From Hyaloraphidium curvatum SAG 235-1 (Eukaryota > Fungi > Monoblepharomycota), in contig JAIVFI010000012.1 of assembly GCA_025558095.1 (NCBI GenBank), positions 682,001-746,000 on the forward strand: DNA of 64,000 nt. Direction: 5' to 3'. The position numbers and the translations under genes are program-made. The notes beneath the pieces were generated by a model. It did no database searches, was not told where the DNA came from, and saw nothing but the letters and a program-made list of their open reading frames with translations. Each line of letters begins with the position of its first letter. The stretch's first letter is position 1. This document shows positions 10,360 to 22,880 of this stretch, piece by piece.

Positions 10360-12100
10360 ACGCGGTCGGGTTCGGACGGGCGGAACCGGGCTGGGGAGGC
10401 ACCTTCGACTCCGAGGGCACGGGCCGGGATGCGGCGGCCGGGGAAGCTTCCGACCTCGACACCGGTGGCACCCCGATGTCCATTGTCGAAAATTACAGCC
10501 CGGCCGCAGAACTACCGGACCCGTCGAGCAGCGCCGCACGCGGACCGGACCGATGACTGTCTCGCCCTCTCGAACAAGGCATCGGTGGCACAGAGGCAGA
10601 GCGCCGGAAGTTCCGGTGCCCTCTCCTCTGTAGACTGTCGTCGGCATGCTCCGAGCTGTTTCGCAGGACGCCGGAGGGGACCTCGGACGCGGGGCTTCTC
10701 GCGCGGGCAGGGGACCGATTGGGCAGCAGCCGGCCCGGAACTCCGCAGCGCAGCGTTGGCATGGGCCGACGCCAACCCTTTAGGCACTCAGATCGGACCG
10801 GCAGCTGGGAGACCCGGTCGGACTCGGGACTGTTCGAAACGGACGGCGTGAGGACACGTCATCGGGCTTCCAGGCAGCGGAGCGGATGGGGCGCCGGCGC
10901 CGCGCAAGCTTTCCGGTCGGCGGCATTCGGAGACGCTGCCAATCTTCTAGGTTGTGCGGCGCCAAATGGTCTGGGAAATGGGGTTTCGCCTGGTCGCGAA
11001 AAGCCGGCGGACGGATGCACGGATGCGTGGGACCGGACCGCCGGCGCCGCGCATTGCGTTCGGGTCGGCGGGGTTTCTTGATGCTGCCATGGCCAGAGTA
11101 TGCAACGCGCGGTGCTACAGGGCCCGAGAAGCTTTCGAAACGCAGCCAGGGACGTCGGAAGTGGTGGTGGACGATTGATCGACGGGACCGGACGACGGCG
11201 CCGCGCATTGCGGCACTTCGGCAGCTTCTGATGACGCTTCCCCACGGAGCTCCCTTGCGCGGCGTCGGATGACCTGGGAAAGGGATACATTGCTCGCCGG
11301 AACCAGACGCACGGTTGCGTGGGACGCGACAGGATCGCCGGCGTCGCACTTCTTCCGCTGACAGGCGTCGTTCCCTGATGATGCCTCTGTAGAACTTTGG
11401 TCGCATAGCGCGGCGCCGGATGGCCGGGGAATCGTTCATGACCAGAGATCAAAGATTGCGCTCAATCTGGACTGGGCATGAGAACGGGATCGGATCGGAC
11501 CGCGGGCGCCGCGCATCCACCGCGGACGGGCCGCGTCTGTAGATGCTGCCAGCACATCTGTGAGGATGTCGCGGCCCCGGCCGGGCCTGAATCGGACCGG
11601 GGCGAGCGGCGCTTTGCGAGTCCTGGACGAAGGACGAGCGTGCGAGGTGAGGATGGATCGCAGGCGCCGTGCCCTGCTGAAAAGCTGGCAGCTTTTGGAT
11701 GATCCTGCCAGGGAGTCCAGTTGCCGCTCGGGTGGACTGCATCTACCTGGCGTCGGCGGCATTTTGGGATGCCGCGGAGGGCCGGGATGGGGTCGTGCGG
11801 CTTCCCAGACGGACCAGGGCGATTGGGACGCGGACGGGACCGGACCGCGGGCGCCGCAACTCCACCGCTCATGGGCAGCATGTGCGCGTGATGCTGTCCT
11901 CCCATCCGTCGGTGCGGCGCCTTACGGCCTGGGATCTGTCGCGAAGGCTCTCTCGACCTCCGACGGACCGGACGTGCGGACGCGCAGATCCAAGGGGCCG
12001 GACCGCAGGAGCCTTCTCTCTCTGGCGACAGGCGACATTTGTACGATGCCGCCAGATTTACTGGCAACGGGCGGCGCCGGATGGCCGGAGATCGGTTGGG
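10360..12100. repeat. Leader plus hairpin-unit array, copy 2 (~9 units, period ~145-185 bp)
   Basis: Left arms at ~10884, 11029, 11184, 11328, 11493, 11651, 11836 and 11994. Each is followed by an inner stem (GGCAGC-like...GATGCTGCC-like) and usually a right arm GCGGCGCCGGATGGCC-like. Confidence 0.85.
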
Positions 12101-12278
12101 CTGGACCCTGGGACGGGCGACCCGGGGACACCGGGGCTTCGGGGACGAATGGACTGTGCGGGATAGAGTCCAAAATGCAGTTCGGCTGCGTTGAACAGAG
12201 GTCAAGCGTCCCCATGTCCACGGGAAGCCGTGTTCATGGCGCCACGTCGGCAGATCCTGCGCAGCGCCGCCTGCCGCG

Positions 12279-15200
12279 ATGGCGAAGGGATTTCGAGCCC
12301 CCGAACAACGAAACCGCCAGGTGGCACCGTTCCCCAAGCTGCTCTCCCCCAGCAAGAGGCGGCGCCGGTCCGGGCTCGACCAGCTGCTCGCGTACGCGCG
12401 CGAGGGCGGCGTCGAGCCCGGCCGGGACGGCGAGCGGCGGCGCACGCGCGCGGTGGGCGCCGTCGACGCGGCGGAGGTGCCGCCAAACGTGGGGCGCGCG
12501 CGGCAGCCTCTCAGCCCCACGCCCGTGTCGCCGCCGCCCAACGGAGTTCTGAGAGATGGGGCGGGGAGGCGGGGAGGAGTGGATGGGGCGCCGGGGGGCG
12601 TTTCCTTGAATGCCGCGCCCGTCGTCAGGAGGAGGCGCCGCGCGGCCTCGGACGCGTCGACCGACTCGGAGAGCGACGCCGCCGAGCCGCAGTACGAGAC
12701 CGAGGAGGAGGACGAGGGCGTCGACTTCGAGGACGCCCTGTCGACGACGCCCGGCAGGGGCACGCCCGCCCCCGCCACGCCCACTTTCTCGGCGCCGCAG
12801 ATCTCGACCACGCCGACGGTGCGCGAGCCGCCTTCAGTGGCGGCGAACTCGCCGCGGCCCGCCGGGCCGCCGACGCCGCACTTGCCGATAACTGCTCCCG
12901 GGATGGCCGGGAGCCCAGCCGGCATCCCTGCCGGGGGACCCATCGGACAACCGGCGCCCCCCGGCCCCGCCAACCCTTCCCCCGCCCTGCCCCCCGGCCT
13001 CACCACGACCCCCATCTACCGCGGCCGCGGCCGTGGTCGCGGACGAGGGCGAGGCAGAGGCAGAGGCCGCGGCAGGGGCGCCTCCCTCTCGGTCCCTCGC
13101 CCCCCCTTGGGCCCCATGACCACCCCCCACCCCCCGCTGGCATCCCGCGGCAGGGGCGGCAAGCTCCCACTCTCCCTCCCCCCGCTCTCGATCCCGCACC
13201 CCCTTCCGAACCTGCACCGTCCAACACCTCTGGGGACCGGCACGGGCACGGCCACCGCTACCTTCCCCTCCCTCTCCGCCACCCCCACAACACCACCCAG
13301 CGACACCCCCCGCCTCCCCGGCCCCGTCGTACCCCCTCCCCCCACCCACGCTCCGCAGGTGCAGCAGCAGAGGGGCGTGATGCTCCCCGGCCCTGTGGCC
13401 TTCCCCCTGGGACCGAGGAGGAAGAAGGTGGTGCAGCCTGTGCGGAGGGAGTACGCCACCCGCTCGCGTCACGATCCCGCGGGCGGGCCGGAACAACCCC
13501 CCGCACCCGCGCCCGGAGGGGCAGGCGCCCCGCAGCGCTCGGCGAGCGTGTCGCTGCCGCTCCCCTCGCACGGCATCACCCTCTCCGAGCTCCCGCCCGA
13601 CCTGGACGCGCAGCTGGAACGCCGCCGCACCCTTTCGTCGGTGGACTACGGCCGCGGCCGGGCGTGGGGCGGCGCGGGAAAGACGCCCCCCGACGGGCTG
13701 TTCCCCAGCCCCGAGTTCCCGCCCGCGGGCGCGGCGCCCGAAAGGGGGGCCAGGCACGCGGCGGTGGCGGGCAAACCCGCCCCGGGGGGCGGCGCGAAGC
13801 CGCCGCCCGCGCACGCGAGGGAAGTGCCGGGGCCGCCGCCGCGCCCGGTGCCGCCGCGCCTGCCGCCGCGCCTGGTGCCGGCGGGACGGACCTGCGGGGT
13901 GCTGCTGTTCCGGGTCGAGCGGAGGAGGGACAGGCCGAAACCCGCGCCCGGACCCGTCGCGGTCGTCGAGCACGTTCCGGGGCCCGCGACGCCGGTCTCG
14001 GTGCCGGGTGCGAGGGCGGAGCTGGACACGCCGGCGACGGCTACGGGGACGCCCGGGACGGGGGACACGCAGGCGGCGACGGCCGAGAGCCAGGGCGGGA
14101 GGACGGAAGCCAGCGCGTCGGGGACGCCGGAAGGGACGCCCGAGAGGGTCGGGACCCCCGAGGTGGGTGGCCGCGGTGCGGGGCGGGGGAGGGACAGGCT
14201 GATGCGCCGCGCGCAGGTGGTGATGCCCGAGGTCGGCGCGTCGCCGCGCGAGGCGGAGGGGAGGCACGCCGCGGAGGACGGGGCGCCCGTGCCGAAGGAT
14301 GGGGAGGCGGAGACGGAGGACGCGAAGATGGACGAAAAGCCGCCGACCGCCGCCGCAGCCGAGGAACGGGAGGGGCAGCTTGTGGCGGAGGGGCAGCCCG
14401 GGCCGGCGGAGGAGCAGCCCGCGGCGGAGGAGCAGCCCGCGGCTGAGGAGCAGCCCGCGGTGGAGGAGCTGCCCGCGGCGGAGGAGCTGCCCGCGGCGGA
14501 GGAGCTGCCCGCGGTGGAGGAAAAGACCGCGGCGCCGGAAGAGCCCGAATCCGCTGGGGAAGCGAAAGCCACCGCTGAGCCGGCGGACGAGGAGATGCCG
14601 GCCGCGGATCCCGCACCGGAGGAGCCTATGCCCGCGCCTTCTTCCCTGGAGGCACCGCAGGACGTTGCCGCTGCGCAGGAGGTTGAAGGCGGTGCGCACG
14701 ATGACGCGATGCAGGTCGACGAGGCGCCCGCGGAGGATGGCAAGCTGGACGCGGAACCGAAGCCGGACGGGGCGTCGGCGCCTGCCGAGGCCGCACAGGT
14801 GGCCAAGCAGGAGCAAATGCCCGAGACGGGACGGGAGGCGACGCCCCGGGAACCGACCCCGCCGGCGCAGGCTGATCCAGCGCAGGAGGTGCCCGTCGAG
14901 CAGGAGGCGCCGGCCGAGCAGGCGCTTCCGGTCGCGCAGGACGGACCGCCGCCCGCGGTCGAAGCGGCGCCCGCTGCCACGTCGCTGCCCGTGCCGGCAC
15001 CCACGCCCGTGCCGGCGGTACCGGGAGGGCCGCTGACGCTCGCTCCGATCGTGACCAAGAAACGTGAGTTGCCCCTCCCGCCTCCGCGTTGCGACACCCG
15101 CTCATTTCGGCCCCAGCAACCAAGATCATCCGCCCCATCATCAAGCGCGTCATCCCCACGCGCTCCGCGACCGCGGCGCAGGAGGCGCTGAACCCGCCGC

Positions 15201-18200
15201 CCCCGCCGCCTCCTCAGCCCGCCCCCCTCCCGGCCGCAACCCCCGTGCAGCGCCCCAAACCCGCGCCGCGCCCCCCGAAACCCGCTGCCGTCACCACTCC
15301 GCCGGCCGCTCCGCCCCCCCGCCCCGCCCCGCGGCCCCCGCCCCCGCCGCCGGTGCTGGACCCCTTCCCTGTGCGCATCCAGGTGCGCCCCGCCAACGGG
15401 CCCCCGCGCAAGCCGCGCTGGACGACGTGCCACCGCTCGACCGCCGAGGACCACGTGTTCGTGGACCGCGACGCCGGGCTGCTGGTTCCAGGGACGGGGT
15501 ACGTCGTCCGCGTGGGGTACGCGCTGCCCGATACCCCGGACTCGGAGGTGCTCTGGACCGACGTCGAGCAGAGCACGCTTCCCTGCGCCACCCCCTCGCG
15601 CGCGCTCGCGCTGGAGCTGGAGCCGCTGCTGTCCGTACCCGGTCGCGCCGAAGGGTACCTTGGCTTGGAGCCCAAGCCGGGGAGGGAGGACGTGCTGCGG
15701 ATGCTGTGGGACCCGCCGGTGGGGAGCCCCGAGGAGTACTGCCCCCACCTCGAGTACGCGCTCGAGGCGAGGTGGGAGTGGGAGGGGGAGGAGTTGGAGA
15801 TCGGGGGGAAGGTGGAGGTGGGGGAGCTGGTGGACCTGGGGGACGTCGAGGAGAAAACGGGGGAGGAGGAGGCCGTGGGCGAGGAGGTCGGCGGGCAGGG
15901 TGGGTCCGAAGATGAGGCGTCGGGCGATGCGACTGCTGACGGCGCGCACGGCGACCCAGACTACCGCGAGGTCTACCGGTCGCACGACGCCGGCGCTGGC
16001 ATCTCGGTGCGTAACCTGCTCCTGGAGCTGCTCGGCCCCGACCGCGTGCTCCGCATCGCCGAGGCCTACCGCCCCGACGCCAGCATCACCAGCCACACGC
16101 GGCTGCGTTCCATCCGTGGGCTGCGCGTCGGGTTCCGCCTAAAGTGCACCAACCCGGCCTCGTCGGGCGCCGACGTGCTCGCCGAGGAGGAGGTCGAGTG
16201 GTCGCTGGATCCCAACGGCGTGGGTGCGGTCAGCTGGGCCGCCGTCGCCGCGCGCAGGCTGCAGTACCCCGGCCACGCGGCGGTGATCGACGCCAGCAGC
16301 GCGCCCGTGGAGCAGCAGCTCGGCGCGTCGCCGCCCAGGGCATCGTCGCGGTGGCATCGCGGCAAGTTCCTGGTCAGGGGGTTGGAGCCCGAGGCCAAGG
16401 AGGCCAAGGTCCACCCCGGGGCCAGGGAGCTGCGGGACGGGGACGAGCCGGGGAGGCCACCGTCGCCGCCGCCGCTACCGGATGCGGACATGGACCTGAG
16501 GCACGTGATCGCGCCGGCGTGGTTCTTTGACGAAGACGCGCCGGAGGAGGACGAGGAGGAGAGCGCCGCTGGGGCGGAAGGAGAGGCGGCGCGGGAGGAC
16601 GCGGAGATGGCCGAGGCGGGGGGGCCTGAACAGCAGCTGCCCGGCGACGGATCTGCTGTGAGGGGCGACGGCGAGCCCGGCGACGTGCTTCCGCCGCTGA
16701 CGGCCGAGGAGGAGCGCAGCATGCAGATGGTGCTCGACGACCTGCTAGCCGCCGCAAGCAATGGCGAGTTCTCGCTCGAGGCGGCGGAGGGGCTCGAAGC
16801 CGGCCTGGCAGGCCTGGCCGGTCTGCCGCTGCTCACGGCGTCGGCGGTACAGCACGAGCCCGAGGAGATGGACGAGGCGGAGGAGATGCACGAGGTCGAG
16901 GAGCCGCGAACGCCCGAGATCGCAGCACCGGTGCCTATTTCCGCGCTGGAGATGGCGGCTGGCGCCCAGACGCCCGTTTCACCGCCGCCGCGGGTGCTGC
17001 AGGGCACGCCGGAGCGCGTGCAGTCGGACTACGAGCTCGTCAAGGCGCTGCAGGACCTCGAGAGCCTCCTCAGCGCACACGAGATCATCATTCCCAGCAC
17101 CTCGCATCCTGCGGCTCCACGCCCTGCGGAGCAGGCACAGCTTGGACCCCGGCCGCCGCAGGTTCGGGGCTCGCCTTCGCGTTCGCCGAGGAGGCCGCGG
17201 CCCGTGGACTCGACCAAGGGCAAGGGCCGCCTACAGCCGCCTCCTCCCGCGCCGGTAGTTGCGCCGCCCCCCCTTGCGCCTGTGCTTGCGCCGCCCGAGC
17301 CCCCGAAGGCGCCCGAACCCGTTCCCGAACCGTCGCCTGCTGAGGCGCCGGAGCCTCCCGCTGAGGTCGAGGAAGAAGAGGAGGAAATTGATTCGGGCAC
17401 GATCGAGGAGGCTGCCGCCGTGGCTGCGTCGTCGCCGGCGAACCAGCGGGCCGTCGTGCAGCCGACCTTGGAGGACGCGGCGGAGGAACAGGAGCTTCCG
17501 GCGCCCAACGGCCACAGCAACGGCGATGGTCACGAGGACGACACCGAGTCGGAGCCCGAGGAAGTGGCCGCCGCGCCCTCGGAGCCTGAGGAACGGGTGT
17601 CGCGCGGGAAGCGGCAGCGGTCCGAGGCAGAAGAGCCGCCAAACGCGTCGCCGAAGCGGCCGAGGCGGGAGGTCGAGCACTCGCAGCCGCCTCCGCCGCC
17701 GGAAGCAACCGTGAGCGCCGAGTCGGCCCCGCCGCCGGAGCCCGAGGCGGACGTCGACATGGAAGGAGACGGCGAGCAAGAGTCAGAGTCGTCTTCGGAG
17801 GCGCCCGAGATCAAGCAGCCCAAGCCCATCCTCACCGCCAAAGCCGCGCTCAAGGACCTCCCGCCGGCGACGCCCTCGTCGGCCGAAGCATCGGCCTCGG
17901 CATCTGCCCCCTCGGGAAGCGCCGGCTCCCAGTCTACCTCCGCCGCAGGCCTCACAAGCCACCTTCTAGAGCCGCCCGAAAAGCCAAAGCGCGGCCGCCC
18001 GCCCAACTCCTACTACGTCGCCCTGCAAAAGTACCAGCAGCAGCAGGCCCTTTTGCGCGCCGCCGCCGAGCGAGACTCTTCGGATCAGGCCGAGAATCCT
18101 TCCTCGGAGCCTCCGGCCGCCGCCTCCACCCCACCTTCCCTCGCCCCGCCTGCCAAGCCGCCCGCCACGGTCGCCACCAGCAGGCCGGTGGAGCGGTCGG

Positions 18201-19063
18201 ACTCGCCGGTTCCCTCGCAATCGGACATGTCGGCCTCGGCGCCTCCCGCCAAGAAGCGCCGCGGCAGGCCGCCCAGGCCGCCCAGGCCGCCCAACCCCGA
18301 GATGCCCGAGGCCAGCCCAGGCCGCGGACCCCGCTCGGCGACGTCCTCTCCCGCGCCTTCGGACCGCCGCGGGCGGGGGCCATCGGCCAACGTGGATCGC
18401 CCCGCGTCGGCGCCAGTGGACGCGGGCGGCGTCGCTCCCCGCGGTCGCCCAGGCCGCCAGCCCAAGGAGTCTTCGACGGCGTGGATCTTTCAGCTTCCCT
18501 TCGGCCGGCAGATTGCGGTGTACAATTCGATGCCTTCGTACGAGGGGTGGTGGCTGGCCCGGGCCATGTACTACCAGCCCGTCATCGTGACGGACGGGGG
18601 CTCGGACCCCGGATCGCGGCGGAGCTCCCTCGGCGACGACCACGACGACGCGAGCGAGGACGACACGGGCAGCGAGGGCGGCATGCGGCGCGCGCACCGC
18701 GTGCTCCCGGTCGCCAAACGCATGCTGCGGCTGAGGATCCACTACGAGGGCTACCTGGACAAGTACGACGAGTGGATCGTGCTCGACGAGGCGGGCAGGG
18801 AGCGGATCCGCCAGTTCAAGAAGGCCAAGCCGTCGGCGGCCGAGCTCGGGGAGCTCAAGATCGGGGGCAAGGGCGTCGAGGACGACGAGATCTGGGCGGA
18901 CGCCGAGCGCGCTCAGCGCAAGTATGGTGGGTCGACCTCCCCGGCGCTGCGGCATCCATTATGTCTAATCCTTGCCCTCCATTCAGCGCTCAACAAGGAC
19001 GAAAAGCTGAAGATTTTGGAGGGGGAGCCGGTGATGATTGCGCCCGGCGGCGTGAAGAGCTGA
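12279..19063 (+). CDS. Large Pro/Glu-rich chromatin-associated protein with AT-hooks and a C-terminal Tudor-knot/chromo-barrel (spliced; start uncertain)
   Basis: GR repeat; AT-hooks KPKRGRPP and KKRRGRPP; WWLARA...LRIHYEGYLDKYDEWI. The two long ORFs are joined by an intron near 15064-15116. Confidence 0.7.
14406..14521 (+). repeat. 18-bp coding tandem repeat (AEEQPA/AEELPA, ~6 copies)
   Basis: GCGGAGGAGC(A/T)GCCCGCG units in tandem. Confidence 0.85.
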
Positions 19064-19253
19064 GAATGGGGCGTGAATACCCGAGATCGCACGATGTAAA
19101 ACATCATGAAGCAATGTTAGGTCGGTTGGGAGCTGTCTGCTTTACTTTCGCCACACCACCGCACGGTTGAGTCAATTTGAGGGGAGAGGCGGACTTGACG
19201 GCCGGCTCGACTTTTGTCCGCGAGCCGCAACCACCCCGCCACCGCCGCCCACA

Positions 19254-20925
19254 ATGTCGACCGACTACAGCTTCGTGAAGCTCTCGCCGAAGGCGGAGGA
19301 GCTCCGCAGGAAGCTCATCGACTTCGTCAACGAGGAGTGCATCCCCGCCGAGCACCTGCTCGAGGCGCAGCTCGGAGATGCCAAGAAGGGCACCGCCGGG
19401 CGCTTCGCGAAGTGGCCGCCGATTCTGGACGAGCTCGCGGCCAAGGCGCGCTCCCTCGGCCTGTGGAACCTGTTCCTCGGCCACGAGTACGGGCTGCCGA
19501 GCCCCGGCCTGACGAACCTCGAGTGTGGGACTCCTCTGTTGCGGAGTGCTTACGGCGTGCCTGAACCGGTCTCTCCCAGACGCCGTGCTCTGCGAGATCC
19601 TCGGGCGGAGCCAGAATGTTGCCCCCGTCGTGACCAACTGCAACGCGCCCGACACGGGTGGGTTCTGGGCGCGGGATCACGGGAGACCGGCTAACGCGTC
19701 CCCGCCGGGAACAGGCAACATGGAGCTCCTTGCCAAGTACGGAACCGAGGCCCAGAAGGAGAAATGGCTCAAGCCGCTGATGAACGGCGAGATCCGGTCG
19801 GCTTTCGTTATGACGGAGCCCGACCAGGCGTCGTCCGACGCCACGAACGTGTCGACTCGGATCGACAAGGACGGCAAGGGCAACTACGTGATCAACGGCC
19901 GGAAGTGGTGGATTACCGTGGGTCTCTCGTTCGTTGCCCCGTTGTTGTTCTTGACAGACCTGTCCCGGCTCCAGAACGGGCACAACCCCCGTACCAAGCT
20001 CTACATCCTCATCGGCAAGACCGACCCCGACAACGCGTCGCGCCACCGGCAGCAGTCCATCGTGCTCATCCCCCGCGACACCCCCGGCATCACGGTCGTC
20101 CAGGATCTGACGGTGTTGGGCGAGGACGACGCGCCCATCGGGCACTGCGAGCTCAAGCTTGAGAACGTGACCATGTGGGTGCCGTTGTTGCGGAACTTCC
20201 CTCTTCCCGTGTTCTGATTGTTGGTTGCTCTCCGCCCAGCCCCATGTCGAACGTGATCTTGGGCGAGGGACGCGGCTTCGAGGTCATGCAGGGTCGGATG
20301 GGTCCTGGCCGTATTCACGTTGGTTTCGCGTCGCTCTGCCGCCTATGCCTTCGCTGATTCCTTTGGCCCATCACAGCACTGCATGCGCGCCATTGGGCAG
20401 GCTGAGCGCGCTCTGGACAAGCTCATCCTGGAGGCGACCGACGAGAAGAAGCGGCCCTTCGGCAAGACCAAGGCCTCCCACCAGACCGTGCTCTTCGCCA
20501 TCGGCGAATGCCGTATGGAGATCGAGCAGGCGAGGCTGCTCGTGCTGAACGCCGCGGCCAAGATCGACGCGGTGGGGACCAAGGCCGCGCTGAAGGAGAT
20601 CGGAATGGCCAAGGTGGGCAAATTCTTGATACCTGAACGAGGGCATCAAGCTGATCTTGGTCACCAACAGGTCATTGTTCCCAACGTCCTCGGCAGGGTG
20701 CTCGACCGCGCCATGCAGGTTTCGGGCGCCGCCGGCCTCTCGGACGCGCACGAGCTCGCCAGCATGTTCTCCAACTACCGCACCCTGCGCTACGTCGACG
20801 GGCCCGACGCCGTCCACTGGGAGCAGGTCTCCAAGACGGAGCTCCGCCGCGCGGACGAGCTGAGGAAGCTGTACGACGGGTACCACAAGCGCAGCAAGGA
20901 GCTCATGGCAAGGGCCCGGCTTTGA
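19254..20925 (+). CDS. Acyl-CoA dehydrogenase (ACAD10/11-like), spliced
   Basis: [51 protein letters not shown] and [13 protein letters not shown] motifs. Confidence 0.93.
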
Positions 20926-21146
20926 GGGGAGGCTGGAACAACGGTCGCGGGGGAAGCGGAAGCGAGCCTCTGTCTCATTTTTGGCGCCACAATAGACGGG
21001 CGACGTCGATCAATTGCTCAGATTCAGGCATAATCTATTTGACCGCAGCCTTAGACGAAGATTTTCATTTTTGTTTCAGATCCTGTTGGCTCCAGTTCCC
21101 CTCCTTCTGTTCCTCCCTCCCTTTTCCACCGTGACCAGTCCATGTC

Positions 21147-22244
21147 CTAGAATTCCTCGGCGAAGTCAAACTCGCCGATTTCGCCGGGGTCGCCCGCGGT
21201 CGCCCGCACTTCGACCGAGACGTTGGGCACCTCGTGCCAGAAAGCGAGCTCGTCCTCGATGGAGTCGTCCTTGGCCGTCCGCAGGGCGATGCGGGGGAAG
21301 CCGCTGGCGGCCAGCAGCCGGACAATCTCCCTGCGGTCGGACTTGGTGGCGTCCAAAGCCGCCTGCCGCACGGTGAGCGAGGCGATGCCGTTCGGAATGC
21401 CTTCGGCGAAATCCGACGTCGCAAGGGCGTCCAAGATGAGCTCTTTGACGGGCATTTTTACTTCGAGAAGGCGGCGGAGGGGCCGACTCAATGTGCCGCG
21501 GACCTCGAGGCGGTGTGGGGCGAACGAGCCGATGTCGAGGAGCGGAACGAGCTGGCAGCCCGGCAAGGAGACGGCAGCCAGCTTTGCGGTTGCCGCCGGG
21601 TGCTCGGCAAGGGCGGTGAAGTCGCCGTCGCCGGCAAGGGTCCATGTTGTGAGCTGATCCGAGCTTCCGATGGCGTCGAGCGTCGACGACGGGATCCCCT
21701 CGCCTTCCCAGTCGAGAAGCTGGAGCGATGCCGGCAGACCGTCCAAAACACAGTCGCCATAATGTCCGTAACGGCGCCAGTGGACCTCCAGGCGCTTGAG
21801 CTTCTTCATCCCGCGGATCGCGGGCCAGACGTCCTGGGCGCTTTCGGGGTCGACCCAGAGCTTCAGCTCCTCGAGATCTGTGCAGACCGACAGCGCCCTC
21901 ATCCGCAGCTGCGAGTACTGGGCGCCGCCGTTCATCTTGCGGAGCTCCAGGGATCTGACGGCCCCGAACTGCTCCGCCGGCCCGGCGAAGCAGGCCGACC
22001 AGGTCTTGAGGGCCGCGCGGGCCGACAGCGAGTTGGGCGCCAGGCCCACCGAGATTTCCCGGAACAGCACCGATGCGCCGAGCTCGAAGGTGTCCTTCGA
22101 TGCCAGGCAGAGGTGCAGCAGCGTGCGTCGGTGGCCCCAGGCCCGCAGCAGCCGCATGACTTCGAGCACCAGCTCCGGCGGAACGGCGGGCCGACGGGGC
22201 ACCGCCGCCCCGGCGCCCGAAAGCGACACGATTCCTGAGCTCAT
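21147..22244 (-). CDS. F-box-like/LRR (RNI-like) protein
   Basis: VPPELVLEVM...TLLHLCLASK...LFREI followed by LxxLxL repeats. Confidence 0.7.
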   Translation of the reverse strand: MSSGIVSLSGAGAAVPRRPAVPPELVLEVMRLLRAWGHRRTLLHLCLASKDTFELGASVLFREISVGLAPNSLSARAALKTWSACFAGPAEQFGAVRSLELRKMNGGAQYSQLRMRALSVCTDLEELKLWVDPESAQDVWPAIRGMKKLKRLEVHWRRYGHYGDCVLDGLPASLQLLDWEGEGIPSSTLDAIGSSDQLTTWTLAGDGDFTALAEHPAATAKLAAVSLPGCQLVPLLDIGSFAPHRLEVRGTLSRPLRRLLEVKMPVKELILDALATSDFAEGIPNGIASLTVRQAALDATKSDRREIVRLLAASGFPRIALRTAKDDSIEDELAFWHEVPNVSVEVRATAGDPGEIGEFDFAEEF

Positions 22245-22880
22245 CGCGGGTGTTGAAAGGCGTGGAAGAGGGTTGAAGGGCGTGATCCGGGTCACTTCAT
22301 TGCGACATCTCAACCGCTTCCCCACCGCTTGCGCTGCGCCGCCAACTCGCATGCGCCACAAGGAGAAAAACCCCGCACGCGCCCCCCGCCGCAGCCCGCC
22401 CCAAAAACCGCAGCCGGCATCTGATCGGCCGCGTTCTCCGCAGCTCTGGAGGAAATGGCCCCATTTGGTGCCCCATCCGCTGCTGGAGAGGGGCAATCGG
22501 CGGATGGCACCTAAAGCCTGCCGAGCTCCCCGGACACTTGGCGCTCTTGCAAATTAGAGATATGCATCGACGGCGCAACGAAGGTGATTGGACTGGACAT
22601 AATGCAGTTTCTTCCGTCTCTATCGGTCATATGGATTGTTCCTTCCCGTCTGGCGTTCACGCACTGCTGGGCAGCCACTTGATGGATGCGACGGGGAAGC
22701 CCAGGCCATCGGAGCGGTCGAAAATGTCACTTCATTCAATTTAAAGGCCGTCCGGACAGGATGGGGGTAGTTGAGGGGGTTCAAGACTTCCGCAGCACCG
22801 GCCTCCCCGTTGTCGCGTCGACCGCGCGTCCGCACCTCCCTCCGCAGGCCCTTTCCCCGACATGGGAATCCCGCGTCACG

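Noticed and set aside
10720-12100. Canonical CRISPR array
   Set aside because: The repeats are degenerate and multipartite with a ~155-bp period. There are no cas genes and the context is eukaryotic.
10719-12552. Protein-coding repeat (WDRTAGAAH / CAAPAVRS) in ORFs over the array
   Set aside because: The motif changes frame between units and the spacings are mostly not multiples of 3. The ORFs look like GC-rich artefacts.
12191-18955. Long alternative-frame and antisense ORFs (also at 26023-28209 and 55318-56709)
   Set aside because: These are shadow ORFs caused by high GC and codon bias over real genes, with Arg/Gly/Pro-rich composition and no motifs.
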